Shown here: piece by piece, positions 45,559 to 54,779 of the stretch
How positions within the stretch are numbered: position 1 is the stretch's first letter
Layout: every line of letters begins with the position of its first letter
NCBI GenBank assembly: GCA_044229975.1
Contig: JBGARZ010000005.1
Coordinates: 320,001-384,000, forward strand
Direction: 5' to 3'
Length of the DNA: 64,000 nucleotides
DNA from: Polyangiales bacterium
GTDB lineage: Bacteria; Myxococcota_A; Polyangia; Polyangiales; Ga0077539
Notes under the pieces: model-generated
The model's input: only the letters and a program-made list of their open reading frames with translations
The model's database searches: none
What the model was told of the DNA's origin: nothing
Position numbers and translations under genes: made by a program

Positions 45559-47532
45559 TCAGCGGCGGGCGGCGCGGGCGGCGACCGGGGCGGGCGCGCG
45601 GCGGACGGGGGCTCCGGGCGTGGCGCCGAGGATGACCTCCAGCGTGGTGCCGCGGGCGTGGGCGAAGAACGGCGGCGCGGCCTCGCGGAAGTGCAGCGTG
45701 AGCTCGGCGCCGGTCGCGCGGTTGATGACGCCCGCGTTGGCGATGCGCGAGTCGAGGCGCGCGAGGGCCGCGGCGAGGTCGAGCGAGCGGCGACCGGGGA
45801 TCACCACCGTGATGGTGTTGCCGCGGGTTCCGGGCCCGGAGAGCGACGCGACGGGGCCGTCCATGCGGAGCGCGAGGCGGGTGCCGACGCGCACGCTGGG
45901 GTTGCCGAGCGCCGCGGGGCGCAGCGGCGACGCGCTGATCATCGGGCGCACGCCCGCCGCGGCGAGGCGGTTGGCGGCCGGCGCCATCGCGGCGCGGGCC
46001 CGGGGGGCTCCCTGCACGATGACGGGCTGCACGCCGTCGACCTGCCCGGAGTTGGACAAGGCCGCGCCCTGGAGGTCAGCCGGGAGGTGGTTGCCCGCGG
46101 CCAGGATGCGCGGCTCGGTGCCCGCGCCCATGGGGACGGGCTCTTCGGTCGTGCCTTCCTGAACGACGCCGGTCGGGGCGGCCGGGGCCGGGGTGACGAG
46201 GTCCGCCGCCGGAGCGGGGTCGGCGGTGACCGCGACCTGCGGGTGCGGCGCAGGCGCGCTCGACCCGCCGCCGATGGCCAGCGCGAGGATGGCGACGGTC
46301 AACGCAGCGGCAGCGAAGGCGTACATCACCACGCGGCGGTTGCGCTTGCGGGAGATGGTTCCGTCGGGGTCGCTCGCCGTCGCCATGGTGGGCAGGTGCT
46401 GCGGACGCAGCCCGTTGGGCAGCGCCTCGCCGCTGAAGTCTTCGGTCTCCGAGGTGCGCTGAAACCGCGCGCGCAGGGCGCCGACGCCCTTCACCACGCC
46501 CGCCGCGACGGGGGTCGCGATGCGGCGCGTGCCCTCCCAGGCCGAGCGCGCCACGCCAACGGTGCGCTGCATCCAGCTCGGGCCCGCGGGGAGCTCGTCG
46601 TCGAAGTCGTCGTCGGCCGAGTCGATGGCCGACGGCGGGGTCGCGACCGGCACGGCCTGGACCGTCGGGGGCTTCGGCCGGGCGACCGTTCGCACCGTCG
46701 GCGGATCGTTGGGGGCCGTATCAGTCGCCCGCTCGACGGGGGCCTCGATGGTCTTCGCGAGCGCGGGCTCGACCTTCGCGGGCTCGACCTTCGCGGGCTC
46801 GACGGCCTTCGCGACGACGGGCTCCTCGACCTTCGGCGCCTCGGCCTTCGGCGCTTCGCTCTTCGCGGCTTCGATGAGGGCCGCGGTGACGGGCGCCTTC
46901 GCGACCGACGAGGTGCGCGAAGTGCGCGGCGGGCCGCTGTCGAGGTCGATGGTGAGGATGAGCCGCGGGTTGCGGGTGACCGGGTCGATCTCGACGTCGA
47001 CGGCGCTGATGACGCCGGGCTCGTTCTCCTTCGATCCCTCCACGGTGACCTTGCCACCCAGCTTCAAGAACGACAGGTCGTGCCCGACCACCACGGCGCC
47101 CGGAACCCGCTCGCGGAGCTTCGCGCGGAAGGGCGCGTCCATGCTGTCGAGGTGCAGGCGCACCTTGCTCTCGGCCGCGGGGACGCTCTTCGCCATGGGC
47201 TCCAGCGTGCGGCGCAGCGAGGCGCGGGCGTCGCCCTGCATCGCGAGAAACTTCACCCCGAAGGCGCCCGAGCGGGAGCCCTCGTCGTGGCACCAGACGA
47301 CCTCACCGCGGCCATCGATGGAGCGGCCGTCTTCGAGCATGAAGCGAAACGCGAGCTGCTCTCCGAGGTCGGGGAGCAGCGGGCTGCGTACGCTCATGCC
47401 GCCGACGGACAGGTCGATGGCGTCGGCCTGGATGGCCTCGCGGGTCTTCTCCGGGCCGAGGTCGATGGAGGCGTGAAACGGTCGACGGGGGGCGGTCGGG
47501 TCGCGCCGATCCGCGGTGGCGATGGAACCCAT
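45559..47532 (-). CDS. PilZ-domain membrane protein with a C-terminal AMIN-like domain
   Basis: DLSVGGM and GEVVW (PilZ); Pro/Lys/Glu linker with VEPAK repeats (46762-46803); one TM helix; periplasmic beta domain. Confidence 0.75.
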   Translation of the reverse strand: MGSIATADRRDPTAPRRPFHASIDLGPEKTREAIQADAIDLSVGGMSVRSPLLPDLGEQLAFRFMLEDGRSIDGRGEVVWCHDEGSRSGAFGVKFLAMQGDARASLRRTLEPMAKSVPAAESKVRLHLDSMDAPFRAKLRERVPGAVVVGHDLSFLKLGGKVTVEGSKENEPGVISAVDVEIDPVTRNPRLILTIDLDSGPPRTSRTSSVAKAPVTAALIEAAKSEAPKAEAPKVEEPVVAKAVEPAKVEPAKVEPALAKTIEAPVERATDTAPNDPPTVRTVARPKPPTVQAVPVATPPSAIDSADDDFDDELPAGPSWMQRTVGVARSAWEGTRRIATPVAAGVVKGVGALRARFQRTSETEDFSGEALPNGLRPQHLPTMATASDPDGTISRKRNRRVVMYAFAAAALTVAILALAIGGGSSAPAPHPQVAVTADPAPAADLVTPAPAAPTGVVQEGTTEEPVPMGAGTEPRILAAGNHLPADLQGAALSNSGQVDGVQPVIVQGAPRARAAMAPAANRLAAAGVRPMISASPLRPAALGNPSVRVGTRLALRMDGPVASLSGPGTRGNTITVVIPGRRSLDLAAALARLDSRIANAGVINRATGAELTLHFREAAPPFFAHARGTTLEVILGATPGAPVRRAPAPVAARAARR

Positions 47533-47773
47533 GGAATCTATCTCCTCTTTCCTCGCGACCCTTCGTGGGCAGAGAGCTCCCGCCGCGGGATCCACAGGTG
47601 TTGAGACCTGTACCCCGCGTCGGGATGACCGTTGGTGGTCCCCGCAAAGCTCGCTCGGCGCTTGAGCCGCCTATGCGACGGACGATTCCGATGCGTCCAA
47701 TTTCTGTCGCCACCCTTTCGTACGATTGCGGGAGAATTGACGTCGCTCTCGGCGATGGGCTAACGGCCGCGGC

Positions 47774-48715
47774 GTGGCGCTGACGCTGCACGTCTCGGTG
47801 CCGGGGAGCGATCCCCAGACCATCACCCTCGATCAACCGCGCGTCGTCATCGGCCGAGGGGCGCACGCCGACGTGCGCATCCCGTCGCGCGCCGTGAGCG
47901 ACCAGCACGCGCTCATCCGCGTCGACGGCCCCGACGTCTCCATCATCGACGAGGGCAGCACCAACGGCACGCGCGTCAACGGCGTCGCCATCCCGCGCGG
48001 TCGACGGAAGTTCCTGCGCGACGGCGACGAGATCGGCGTCGCCGACTACGACATCAAGGTGGCCTTCGTCATCGCGCTGGCCGACCCGCCCGAGCGCACC
48101 ATCACCCTCGCGCGCCGGCTCTTGAAGGACTCGCTGCGCTCCCTCGGCGGCGAGACCGCGCCGTCCTACCTGGAGCTACGAACGGGCAAGCAGGCAGGCG
48201 GTCGCTGGGACATCCTCCCGGCGGGCGCGCGGCTCACCCTCGGGCGCGGCGATGGCTGCGACGTGCTGCTCGACGACCGCGACTGCTCGCGCCAACACGC
48301 CGAGGTGGAGCGCGACGCCGACGGCATCATCGTGCGCGACCTCGGCAGCAAGAACGGCATCGTCGTTGGCGGCCGCGCGCTCACCGAGCGACGACTGAAG
48401 AACGGCGACGAGTTCACCATCGGCCGCAGCACGCTGCGCCTGGTCGACCCGGCCGAGGAGCTGCTCAAGAGCTTCGAGTCAGGCGCCGACGAGCCCGCCG
48501 CGCCGCCTCCGCCGAGGCCGTCGCTGCCGCCGGTGATCCCCGCGACGCCGGAGGAGGAGACCGCCACGACGCCCGCCGCGGAGGTCGTGGTCGCCGAGGC
48601 GCCGAAGCCGCCAGCACCACCGCGAAGAGGCGATGCCGACTGGATCGTGCTCGCGCTATCGGTGGTGATCCTGGTGGTGAGCGTGGTCGCGCTGGTGCTG
48701 GTGCTGAAGCGCTGA
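47774..48715 (+). CDS. Double-FHA-domain membrane protein
   Basis: Two FHA motif sets (IGR...VSDQHA...STNGT and LGR...SRQHA...SKNG) and a C-terminal TM helix. Confidence 0.9.
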   Translation: MALTLHVSVPGSDPQTITLDQPRVVIGRGAHADVRIPSRAVSDQHALIRVDGPDVSIIDEGSTNGTRVNGVAIPRGRRKFLRDGDEIGVADYDIKVAFVIALADPPERTITLARRLLKDSLRSLGGETAPSYLELRTGKQAGGRWDILPAGARLTLGRGDGCDVLLDDRDCSRQHAEVERDADGIIVRDLGSKNGIVVGGRALTERRLKNGDEFTIGRSTLRLVDPAEELLKSFESGADEPAAPPPPRPSLPPVIPATPEEETATTPAAEVVVAEAPKPPAPPRRGDADWIVLALSVVILVVSVVALVLVLKR

Positions 48716-48717
48716 TC

Positions 48718-49005
48718 TCACCCCTCCTGGGGTGACGTCGCGACCGGCGGAGTGATCGACGCACACAGCGCAATGAAGTCCGCGCGCGATCGCAGCGACG
48801 CGCGGGCGACGACGGCGTGGCCGAGCTCGTGGACGAGGATGCTGACGAACACCACCGCGAACCACTCGACGACAAACGCCGCTCCGCTGCGGCGCGATCC
48901 GAGCGCGAGGGTGACGAGGAAGAAGCTCGGGTGGATCGCGACGGGAAAGCCCGCGACCCGGAAGCGGAGAGCGGTCGGTGTGGCGTTGGCGGACTCGGGA
49001 TTCAC
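48718..49005 (-). pseudogene. 3'-truncated site-2 protease (peptidase M50) remnant
   Basis: FRVAGFPVAIHPSF...VSILVHELGHA is a typical M50 N-terminus. Similarity ends right after HExxH, and the NxxPxxxLDG motif is absent. Confidence 0.75.
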
Positions 49006-49011
49006 GGAGCG

Positions 49012-50676
49012 CTACGCCAGCACGAGCTCGCGCAGCAGGTCGAGGCTCACGTTGCCGCACGCGAGCACCCGCCGATGAAACTCCTTCAAGGGCCCCAGCT
49101 CCGCGCGCACCCAGTCGTCGCGCAGCGCGAGCATCGCCCGCTGGCCGACCTTGTACGAGATGGCCTGCGCGGGCCATCCCAGGTAGCGCGTCACCTCGCT
49201 GCGGGCGGTCTCGGCGTTCATGCCGCCGAGGGTCTCCATCATCTCGACCGCGCGATCGAAGGTCCACGGCTGACCCGCGTGCAGCAGCGCATCGTCGGGG
49301 ATGGTGAGCCCGAGGTGCGACCCGATGTCGATGACCACGCGGCACGCGCGCATCATCTGGTTGGCGAGCATCCCGAGCTCGTACTCGGGCTTCTCGTAGT
49401 AGCCGAGCTCGCGCATGAGCTGCTCGACATAGAGCGCCCACCCCTCGGCGTAGCCCGAGTAGCCGTAGGCCACGCGGTGCAGGCGCGAGAGGTTCTCGGT
49501 GAGCGACACCTGGATGCCGCACTGGAGGTGATGCCCCGGAAAGCCCTCGTGGTAGGCCGTGCTGACCTCGTCCCAGAGCGCGAACGGGCCGTCGCCGGTG
49601 AGCGAGTACCAGACGGTTCCGGGGCGCGAGAAGTCCTCCGAGGGCGGGAGGTAGTACGCGCCAGGAGGGCCGCCATCGGGCGCGGCCTTCACGTCGACGC
49701 GACGGATGGAGTCAGGCACGTCGAAGTGCTTGCCGTCGAGCTCGGCGAGGGCGCGTGACTGGCGGTCGTTCATCGCGGCGAGGAAGCTCGCGCGGTCGGG
49801 CGCACCGCGCGCGGGGTCGCTGCGCAACATCGCCATGGTGTCGGTGAGCGACGAGCCTGGCGCGATGGCCGACGCGAGGGCGGTCATCTCTTCGTGGAGG
49901 CGTCGCACCTCGGTCCAGCCCCAGGCGTAGGTCTCCTCGGGGTCGGGGGTCGACCCGAGGAAGCGTCGCATCTCGCGCAGGTACCGCGGCCTGCCGACGC
50001 CGTCGTCGGACTTCGCGCGCGGGAGGTAGGTGCCTTCGAGCCAGTCGCTCATCGATCCGTACGCCGCACACGCTTGCGTCGCGGCGGCGGTCACGCGCGC
50101 ACCGAGCGCGGCGTCCTCGATGCCCGCGGCGGCGAACCTCGATGCGAGCGCGCGGAAGGACGACTGCTCGCCCTCGTTGGAGCGCCCCTGCTCGATGGCG
50201 GCGCGCACCTGTCGGACGGCGACGAGCTGTCCGTGATCGAGGCCCTCGGCGAGCGAGCGGCGGTAGCCGTCGAGCACAGTGGCGACGCCTTCGAGGCGCG
50301 CGGCGATGGCCGACCACCCGGCGGCGCTGGTGGTGTCCATGGAGTCGAACACCATGCGCACCGACTGAAACGGCGACGCGAGGTGGTTGAGGTCGACGCG
50401 GTGGTCGCCGTGATCGAAGGCGGCGAGGTCTTGATCGAGCCAGTCGAGGGCGACGTGGACGGCGAGGCGCGACCATCGATCGGGCTGCGGCGGGAGCGCG
50501 GCGAAGCGATCGCGCCAGGAGCGCAGCGTGGCGGCGGCGTGGGCCGCGCCGTCGGGGGAGAGGTCGTCCCAGCGATGGTCGTGGCCGGGGATGCCCATGA
50601 AGGTGGCCTGCATGGGGCGGAGCGCCGCGAGCTCGTCGACGAGCGCGTGGCTGAGGGCGAAGGGGTCGTTGGTCAT
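49012..50676 (-). CDS. DUF885 family protein (metallopeptidase-like)
   Basis: AYYLPPSEDFSRPG, YHEGFPGHHLQ, EGWALY and WPAQAISYKVG. Confidence 0.92.
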   Translation of the reverse strand: MTNDPFALSHALVDELAALRPMQATFMGIPGHDHRWDDLSPDGAAHAAATLRSWRDRFAALPPQPDRWSRLAVHVALDWLDQDLAAFDHGDHRVDLNHLASPFQSVRMVFDSMDTTSAAGWSAIAARLEGVATVLDGYRRSLAEGLDHGQLVAVRQVRAAIEQGRSNEGEQSSFRALASRFAAAGIEDAALGARVTAAATQACAAYGSMSDWLEGTYLPRAKSDDGVGRPRYLREMRRFLGSTPDPEETYAWGWTEVRRLHEEMTALASAIAPGSSLTDTMAMLRSDPARGAPDRASFLAAMNDRQSRALAELDGKHFDVPDSIRRVDVKAAPDGGPPGAYYLPPSEDFSRPGTVWYSLTGDGPFALWDEVSTAYHEGFPGHHLQCGIQVSLTENLSRLHRVAYGYSGYAEGWALYVEQLMRELGYYEKPEYELGMLANQMMRACRVVIDIGSHLGLTIPDDALLHAGQPWTFDRAVEMMETLGGMNAETARSEVTRYLGWPAQAISYKVGQRAMLALRDDWVRAELGPLKEFHRRVLACGNVSLDLLRELVLA

Positions 50677-50766
50677 GGTGGCGAGCGAGACCAACGCTTC
50701 GACGGGCGTGGCGTCAAGCCGCGGTCGTTCTTGACAGCTACCGACGGCGGGAGGGACATCGTCGAC

Positions 50767-51873
50767 ATGTTGGGCTCGGTTCGAATCGTGAACTTCAAGG
50801 GGCTTCACGACGTGACGGTGCCGACGGGTCGCCTCACGGTGCTCGTGGGCCCGAACGGAGTTGGCAAGACGAGCGTCCTGGAAGCGATCGAGTTGGTCGG
50901 ACAGGCCGCGACGGAAGCGCGACCGCAGCTCTTCAAGAAGGACGTTCTCACCGGACGCTTTCGTCGTGAGTGGATCCTGCGATCGGGTGCCTCGGAGCTA
51001 AGCGTCGAGTGTGCGCTGGACGGTTTGACGCTCGCGCTCGCGGCGAAGTCGGGCGCCGCGTGGTGCGAACTCAAGGTCCGCGACGACGGCAGCAAGGACC
51101 AGCGCATCCTTGATGCGACCGACGATCCCCACGTCGAGCGGCTGCGAAACGTCGCCCGACTGCGCTTCGATCCAGAGTCGATGGCGAACTCACCCGTGGT
51201 CTCGGAGGGCTCGCCCTCGCTCTCGGCCGACGGGAGCGGATTGCCCACGCTACTTCAGTATCTCCATGGCCTGAGAGACGGCACGCTTGAGCGCATCGAG
51301 GCGGCCGTTCGAAGTGTCGTCCCGCGATTCCTGCGAGTTCAGTTCCGTCCGGTGGGTGTTCCCAACCACGGTTTCGAGAGCCACACGATCGACGGCAAGT
51401 CCTTCCTCGTTCCGACGTCGGGCGAGAAGGCGGGAGTCGGCCTCTTCGTCGAGTTCGAAGATGGCGTGGTGACGCCCGCCACCCACGTCAGCGAAGGAAC
51501 CCTCCTAACCATCGCGCTCCTGACGATGGCACACGCATCGTTGATCCACGGAGCGAGCCTCATCCTGATCGACGACATCGACCGCGCGCTGCACCCCGAC
51601 GCCCAGTTCTCGTTGGTGGAGGCGCTGCGCGAGGTGTTGAAGACGACGCCATCGCTTCAGATCATCGCGACGACCCACTCGCCCGATTTCGTCGATGCGT
51701 GCGAGTTCGACGAGGTGGTGGTCATGGGATTCGACCCGCTCAACGGACCAGTCGCCGCCCCGCTCTCGGCTCACCCTGAGGCGCAGCATTGGCGCACCCT
51801 GATTCGCACAGGCGAGTTCTGGGGCACCATCGGTGAAGGCTGGGTGAGGTCCGTCGAACGCGCCGCGGAATGA
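50767..51873 (+). CDS. ABC-type (AAA_15/AAA_21-like) ATPase
   Basis: VNFKGL, Walker A GPNGVGKT, signature VSEGT, Walker B/D-loop LIDDIDRALHP, H-loop TTHSP; no TM partner. Confidence 0.9.
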   Translation: MLGSVRIVNFKGLHDVTVPTGRLTVLVGPNGVGKTSVLEAIELVGQAATEARPQLFKKDVLTGRFRREWILRSGASELSVECALDGLTLALAAKSGAAWCELKVRDDGSKDQRILDATDDPHVERLRNVARLRFDPESMANSPVVSEGSPSLSADGSGLPTLLQYLHGLRDGTLERIEAAVRSVVPRFLRVQFRPVGVPNHGFESHTIDGKSFLVPTSGEKAGVGLFVEFEDGVVTPATHVSEGTLLTIALLTMAHASLIHGASLILIDDIDRALHPDAQFSLVEALREVLKTTPSLQIIATTHSPDFVDACEFDEVVVMGFDPLNGPVAAPLSAHPEAQHWRTLIRTGEFWGTIGEGWVRSVERAAE

Positions 51874-52703
51874 GCGCTCCAGGGTGCGTTGCGATCGTCG
51901 GTGAAGACACCGTCCATGCAGTGCTGCTGTGCTGTCTGCTCCGCCAGGTCATCCGTGAAGCCGCGCGCGAACTCGGCCAGGAATGGATCGTCGAGAACCT
52001 TATCGCCGACCCAGCGTTCGTCGGGCCGACGGATCTCCACTCCTTCATCCCAGGTCTCCACTATCGCTGCTCGATTTCTTCTGCGCCGGCGCGAGGTCCT
52101 TCGGCCACGATCGATGGAAGGCCCATCAAGCTGCGAGGACACCTCGATGGCTCCCCGATTGGTCCCGAAGGACAGAAGTGGAGGCACCTTCTGCTGGAGG
52201 TTCTCTCGGACGCGCCGGACGTGGTGCTCATCGCGAAGGACACCGACGGCAGACCAGAAAGCCTCGACGGACTTCGCCGGGTAGCGCGCTACTACGCCGA
52301 GGCGGACTCCTCGCGCGTCATCGTCGTCGCTGCGCCACACCGCGACGCCGAGGGCTGGTTGGTCGCGGGCTTCGTCCCGACCCCTGCAACCCACGAGACG
52401 AAGACGCTTGCGACCGTCCGCCGCGACCTGAACTTCGATCCGACGACTTCGCCAGAGCGGCTGACGTCGCACCCCAACGACGCCCCGACCGATGCGAAGC
52501 GCGTGCTCCGTCAGTTGCTCAACCTCGCACCCATCGTCAGCATGCCTCCCTCGCCCGAGGACTGTGCGCTGCTCCAGGAGCGACTGTTGGGCGACCTCGC
52601 CCTCCTCCGAGCGCGGAACGCCGAATCAGGGCTGACAACCTTCCTCGACGACCTCACCCATCACGCACTGCCGCGACTCTTCGGCGTGCTGCGACCGCGC
52701 TGA
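51870..52703 (+). CDS. Hypothetical protein, TOPRIM-like (DUF4276/DUF4435/RloB-like) partner of the ATPase
   Basis: ATGA overlap; N-terminal IVGED, VLIAKDTD (DxD) and DAEGWLVA motifs. Confidence 0.6.
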   Translation: MSAPGCVAIVGEDTVHAVLLCCLLRQVIREAARELGQEWIVENLIADPAFVGPTDLHSFIPGLHYRCSISSAPARGPSATIDGRPIKLRGHLDGSPIGPEGQKWRHLLLEVLSDAPDVVLIAKDTDGRPESLDGLRRVARYYAEADSSRVIVVAAPHRDAEGWLVAGFVPTPATHETKTLATVRRDLNFDPTTSPERLTSHPNDAPTDAKRVLRQLLNLAPIVSMPPSPEDCALLQERLLGDLALLRARNAESGLTTFLDDLTHHALPRLFGVLRPR

Positions 52704-53746
52704 GCCCCCGGGGCAGCGCGCTTCGGCTTGATCCCCGCGGCGATGCCCGGGTGCTCGGCGGCGAGCTCCTCGAAGCGCGCGACGATGCGGTCCTTCCGCT
52801 TCTTGAAGTGTGCGCGGTTGTTGCGGACCTTCTCCATCAGCACCCGCGCGACGCGCTCCGACGGCGCCAGGTCGAGCAGCGGGAAGCCCGAGTTGAAGCC
52901 GTTGAGCGCCTTCGCGCCCGTCGGGCCCCAGTCGGTCATCAGCCGCCGATAGACGACCTCCTCGCGGCGCTCGGGCGACAACGCGCCGAGAATCTCCCGC
53001 CCCGTCGCATCCCCCCAGAACGGCACAACCAGATCCCACCGCGGCTCCAGCGTGACGCCCGCCCGCACCAGCGGGAGCAGCGCGAGCACGCCGAGCGTGT
53101 CCAGCTCGTACAGCCCGAGCATCCCGTAGCCGAACGCGTCGTCCCTCATGTACGGCGCGTCGGGTTTGCGGAGCGACGCGAGCACATCGGCGAAGACGGC
53201 AGCCCACCCGGCCGCGCTCGCGGCGTGCCCATCGAGGACGCCTCGCAGCCGCTCTTCCAACGGAAACCCATGGATGCCGTAGGGCTCCAGCACGCTCTCC
53301 GCCGCGGCCTCGATGACCTGCGCGGGCGTGAGGTGCTCCATCAACACGAGGGGAATGCCCTGGCCGAACTCCAGCGCCTCATCGGGCTGCGCGAGCCACA
53401 CCTTCCACAGCGGCCACTCCACCGCGACGCCCTCGTGCGTCCAGGGGACGCGGCGTTCGAGCGCGCCCGGCGGGTCGACGCCCAACCAGCGACGCAACAG
53501 CCGCTTGCTCGACGGCAGCCCGTTGCCTCCCGCGTCGACGCCCTCGCGCAGCAGCGCCTCGGCCACGCGCCGCTGATCGGCGGTGAGCTCCTCTGGAAGC
53601 GCGATCTCTTCCCACCGGGGCCAGCGCGCGACGCAGCCGGTGCGGCGGATGGCCTCCCGCGCGGCGTCACCGGCCCGCGATACGTCGGGGTCGCCGGCGA
53701 CGATGCGAAGGAGGCCGTCGAGGTCTTCGGTGAACGTGGGTTCCAT
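52661..53746 (-). CDS. Hypothetical protein
   Basis: Long ORF with GC3-biased codons and protein-like composition; no recognised motif. Start uncertain. Confidence 0.7.
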   Translation of the reverse strand: MEPTFTEDLDGLLRIVAGDPDVSRAGDAAREAIRRTGCVARWPRWEEIALPEELTADQRRVAEALLREGVDAGGNGLPSSKRLLRRWLGVDPPGALERRVPWTHEGVAVEWPLWKVWLAQPDEALEFGQGIPLVLMEHLTPAQVIEAAAESVLEPYGIHGFPLEERLRGVLDGHAASAAGWAAVFADVLASLRKPDAPYMRDDAFGYGMLGLYELDTLGVLALLPLVRAGVTLEPRWDLVVPFWGDATGREILGALSPERREEVVYRRLMTDWGPTGAKALNGFNSGFPLLDLAPSERVARVLMEKVRNNRAHFKKRKDRIVARFEELAAEHPGIAAGIKPKRAAPGAQRGRSTPKSRGSA

Positions 53747-53849
53747 CGCGCGCATGGCCCGAGTGGATACCCGAGCGATCGCCCGCTCGACCACAATGGG
53801 CTTGAGTCCGTCCTCCGCGCGCCTCTACCTTCTTCGATGGAGGACCCTC

Positions 53850-54647
53850 ATGGCGCTGAAGAACCTGACCGACAACGAAATGCTCGAACTGTCGTCCGCC
53901 TGGATCGACCCGAACCGCCGGCGCCCCGCGCTCGAAGCGCAGCCGCTGCTCGCGGCGATGCTGCCCAGCATCGAGGCCGCCCACGCGGGGCTCCTCGCGG
54001 GTGACGGTCCGACCGGTGACGACGCGCGGGAGAAGGAACGCGCCGCGCTCTACGAGCAGGGCGTCACCCTCGACCAGCGGCACGACCGCAAGGGCCGCGG
54101 GGCGTTTACGCTGCTGACCGCCCTGGTCGACCTGAGCGACGACCCGGCGGAGGCCGAGTCGCTTCTGGCGTTGCGGCACGCGCTCTTCCCCGACGACAAC
54201 CTCGCGGTGCTCTCCGCGAGCTGGAAGGGCGAGGCCGGCAACGCGCGTCGGGTGCGCGAGAAGGTCCTCGGCGACAAGGCCCTGACCGCCTTGCTGAAGG
54301 CCATCCCGTTGATGGGAAGGCACACGCTGCTCGACGGCGTGAAGGACTTCGTCGGCGCGGCAGAGAAGCTCGGCGCGGTCGAAGATCGGCGCGTGGCCCT
54401 GGAAGAGCCCGCCACGCCCGACGCGCGCTCGGGTCGGGTGAAGGCGCGCAACCGCTGGATCGCCGTGAGCAACAGCCTCGTCCACCTCGTCGACGACCTG
54501 CTGGAGCTGGAGCCGACGGCGCGACGCGCGCTGCTGGGCGCGACGACGGACGCCGAGGGCAAGGCCGACGCCCGCGCGCTGGGGCGACGCCCCGCGGAGG
54601 TGGTCGCCGAGCCGGTCAAACCGGTTTCGGGGCCGGGTCAGGGGTAG
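53850..54647 (+). CDS. Hypothetical all-alpha protein
   Basis: GGAGGA RBS before ATG 53850; helical composition (LDQRHDR, ALFPDD, ARNRWI). Confidence 0.8.
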   Translation: MALKNLTDNEMLELSSAWIDPNRRRPALEAQPLLAAMLPSIEAAHAGLLAGDGPTGDDAREKERAALYEQGVTLDQRHDRKGRGAFTLLTALVDLSDDPAEAESLLALRHALFPDDNLAVLSASWKGEAGNARRVREKVLGDKALTALLKAIPLMGRHTLLDGVKDFVGAAEKLGAVEDRRVALEEPATPDARSGRVKARNRWIAVSNSLVHLVDDLLELEPTARRALLGATTDAEGKADARALGRRPAEVVAEPVKPVSGPGQG

Positions 54648-54676
54648 TTCGCAGCGACCGAAACCGATCGGGAGGC

Positions 54677-54779
54677 GGGGTCGAGGGTGGTCGGCGATTG
54701 GTTGCACACCCACCGAGACCGGGGTCGAGGGTGGTCGGCGATTGGTTGCACACCCACCGAGACCGGGGTCGAGGGTGGT
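54677..54779. repeat. 44-bp intergenic tandem repeat (2 perfect copies + a 15-bp partial copy)
   Basis: ggggtcgagggtggtcggcgattggttgcacacccaccgagacc at 54677 and 54721; partial copy at 54765. Confidence 0.95.

Noticed and set aside
49894..50766. 659-aa version of the ATPase
   Set aside because: The extension is antisense to DUF885. The family-typical N-terminus begins at ATG 50767.
54634..54779. Possible mini-CRISPR array
   Set aside because: The two full units are identical including the would-be spacers, the constant part is only ~15 bp, and there are no cas genes. It is a tandem repeat.
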